Notes under the pieces: model-generated | What the model was told of the DNA's origin: nothing | Databases searched by the model: none | What the model saw: the letters and a program-made list of their open reading frames with translations, nothing else | Source: a virus | Length of the DNA stretch: 38,582 nt | Direction: 5' to 3' (one strand) | IMG/VR virus record: IMGVR_UViG_3300045988_041360 | Location: 1 to 38,582 of that record | In this document: in pieces, positions 37,323 to 38,582 of the stretch | Position numbering within the stretch: position 1 is the stretch's first letter | How the letters are laid out: each line of letters opens with the position of its first letter | Translations under genes and position numbers: made by a program

Positions 37323-37669
37323 TGGATGCAGTTAAGTTTACCCGTGCGGCCATGAGAATGTGCAATGATTATTATAGCAAATGCTGGTCGTGTCCGGCTG
37401 GTGATAATACATCTTGTAAGCTCGATAGCAGCTACAGCGCCATATCTGCCGAGGAAAAAGTCGCCATTGTTGAACAGTGGGCCGAGAGGCATCCCGCCAA
37501 AACCCGCCAGAGCGAGTTCTTGAAGCATTACCCTGACGCACGCATTTTGGCACACGGGTGCCTCAATGCTTGCCCGATGGATGTGTTCTCAGATGCAGAC
37601 ATTAACTGCAATGCGCAACCTTGCTTTGAGTGCAAAAAGGCGTTCTGGCTTGCGGAGGTGGAGGAATGA
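37319..37669 (+). CDS. Cys-rich hypothetical protein (116 aa)
   Basis: ATGA overlap; CNDYYSKCWSCPAGDNTSC...CLNACP...CNAQPCFEC. Confidence 0.55.
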   Translation: MMDAVKFTRAAMRMCNDYYSKCWSCPAGDNTSCKLDSSYSAISAEEKVAIVEQWAERHPAKTRQSEFLKHYPDARILAHGCLNACPMDVFSDADINCNAQPCFECKKAFWLAEVEE

Positions 37670-37983
37670 CCCGTGAAGAGATTTTAGCCGCTGCCAAGCA
37701 GTGTGTATGCGGAGACAGGGACCAGGATTATGGCAGCCCAGAGCGGTCCTTCGAGATGATATCCAAGCTCTGGACGCCATACCTGGAGGCCAAGTGCTTG
37801 CAGATAACCACGGGTAATGTGGACCACCCCTCCCATCCCGTTCTGAAAATTGGACCGGAAGATGTTGCTGCTATGATGTGCCTGTTCAAGATCGCCCGCA
37901 TCGCCACCGGCCACGGCAAGGCAGATAACTGGATCGATCTGGCCGGATATGCTGCCTGCGGCGGGGAATTGGAGGGCGTATGA
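37666..37983 (+). CDS. DUF6378-like protein
   Basis: ATGA overlap; CVCGDRDQDYGSPERSFEMISKLW...DVAAMMCLFKIARIATGHGKADNWIDLAGYAACG. Confidence 0.5.
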   Translation: MTREEILAAAKQCVCGDRDQDYGSPERSFEMISKLWTPYLEAKCLQITTGNVDHPSHPVLKIGPEDVAAMMCLFKIARIATGHGKADNWIDLAGYAACGGELEGV

Positions 37984-38582
37984 GCGACTTGGAGCAGACC
38001 GCCATTGAGCGGCTGAAAGCGGCATCGGATATGAGCCTGCGACTTTTTGAAAAACCGTTAGTGATTACATATTCCGGCGGGAAGGACAGCGACGTGCTGC
38101 TTCACATGGCCCAGGCAAGCGGAATCCCGTTTGAAGTATTGCACAGTCTGACCACGGCAGACGCGCCGGAGACGGTGCGGCACGTGTACGATACGTTTTA
38201 TCGGCTGGAATGCAAGGGCATCAAATGCGACGTGGACAAGCACGTCCAGCCGGACGGCTCCCGTATGACCATGTGGAAACTGATTCAAAAGAAGCTCATG
38301 CCGCCCACACGCCTGATGCGGTACTGTTGCGCCGTCCTTAAAGAAGGGGGAGGCAAGAATCGGTTTATCGCTACGGGTGTTCGCTGGGCGGAATCCACGG
38401 CCAGGAAACGCCGTGGCGGCTTAGAGGTATTAGCGTCTAAGCCGCAAAGCAACCTGATCTTATCAAACGATAACGACGAGGATCGCCGATTATTTGAAAC
38501 GTGCCAGCTCAAGGGGAAGCGAGTAGTAAACCCCATTGTGGACTGGCAAGCGGCAGATATTTGGGATTACGTCGGCGCAGAA
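37980..38582 (+). CDS. PAPS reductase-family protein, N-terminal part (runs off the window and continues at 1..395)
   Basis: ATGA overlap; PLVITYSGGKDSDVLLHM is the PP-loop SGGKDS motif; no stop before the window end. Confidence 0.85.
   Translation, partial: MSDLEQTAIERLKAASDMSLRLFEKPLVITYSGGKDSDVLLHMAQASGIPFEVLHSLTTADAPETVRHVYDTFYRLECKGIKCDVDKHVQPDGSRMTMWKLIQKKLMPPTRLMRYCCAVLKEGGGKNRFIATGVRWAESTARKRRGGLEVLASKPQSNLILSNDNDEDRRLFETCQLKGKRVVNPIVDWQAADIWDYVGAE
38464..38582. repeat. Second copy of the terminal direct repeat (identical to 1..119)
   Basis: Read directly. Confidence 0.95.

Larger units (their letters stand above)
1..38463. mobile_element. Complete temperate (integrase-carrying) siphovirus-like phage genome, circularly closed
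   Basis: Full set of packaging, head, tail, lysis, lysogeny and replication modules. An intact attP-like site lies next to the integrase. The two window ends are identical. Confidence 0.9.

Overview
The window is one complete, circularly closed genome of a temperate siphovirus-type phage. Bases 1-119 are identical to 38464-38582, so the unique length is 38463 bp, and a PAPS-reductase-family gene runs across the junction. Almost all genes are on the + strand. In order they are: (1) the tail of the early operon (PAPS-reductase-like, two small Cys proteins, a Lar-like zinc ribbon, three paralogous 4-Cys proteins, two HTH regulators); (2) a tRNA, a ParB-like gene overlapped by a GNAT/Mom-like gene, and a second tRNA; (3) packaging and head genes (TerS, TerL, SPP1-type portal, a MuF protein with a C-terminal extension, scaffold, major capsid); (4) connector and tail genes (major tail, chaperone pair, tape measure, tail tip, Ig-like and glycine-rich fibre proteins); (5) lysis genes (BhlA-like, holin, CHAP endolysin). 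An accessory region follows: a minus-strand 4-gene operon whose promoter carries a 16-bp palindrome, then a 7-gene + strand operon of unknown function. After that come attP (a tRNA 3' fragment, its terminator and ATCTGTAA arm repeats), a minus-strand lysogeny module (tyrosine integrase, membrane-anchored HTH, zinc ribbon, TM protein, CI-like repressor) and a switch region with operator-like repeats and a candidate antisense sRNA cassette bounded by 15-bp inverted repeats. The early recombination/replication genes close the circle (Sak/Rad52-like, YqaJ-like exonuclease, NinB-like, HNH, SSB, a replication organiser with internal iterons, RusA-like). Several plausible genes under 60 aa are missing from the ORF track. 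The most interesting candidates are: the MuF C-terminal DUF6883-like domain with an overlapping DUF4926-like 54-aa ORF; the 7-gene cargo operon next to attP; the acr/aca-like minus-strand operon; the two tRNAs with non-canonical anticodon loops flanking the ParB/Mom-like pair; and the inverted-repeat-bounded sRNA cassette. All family assignments come from reading motifs by eye and from memory. No database search, HMM or folding calculation was run. The host is probably a Clostridia-type Firmicute, but that is a guess from protein flavour and Shine-Dalgarno usage.
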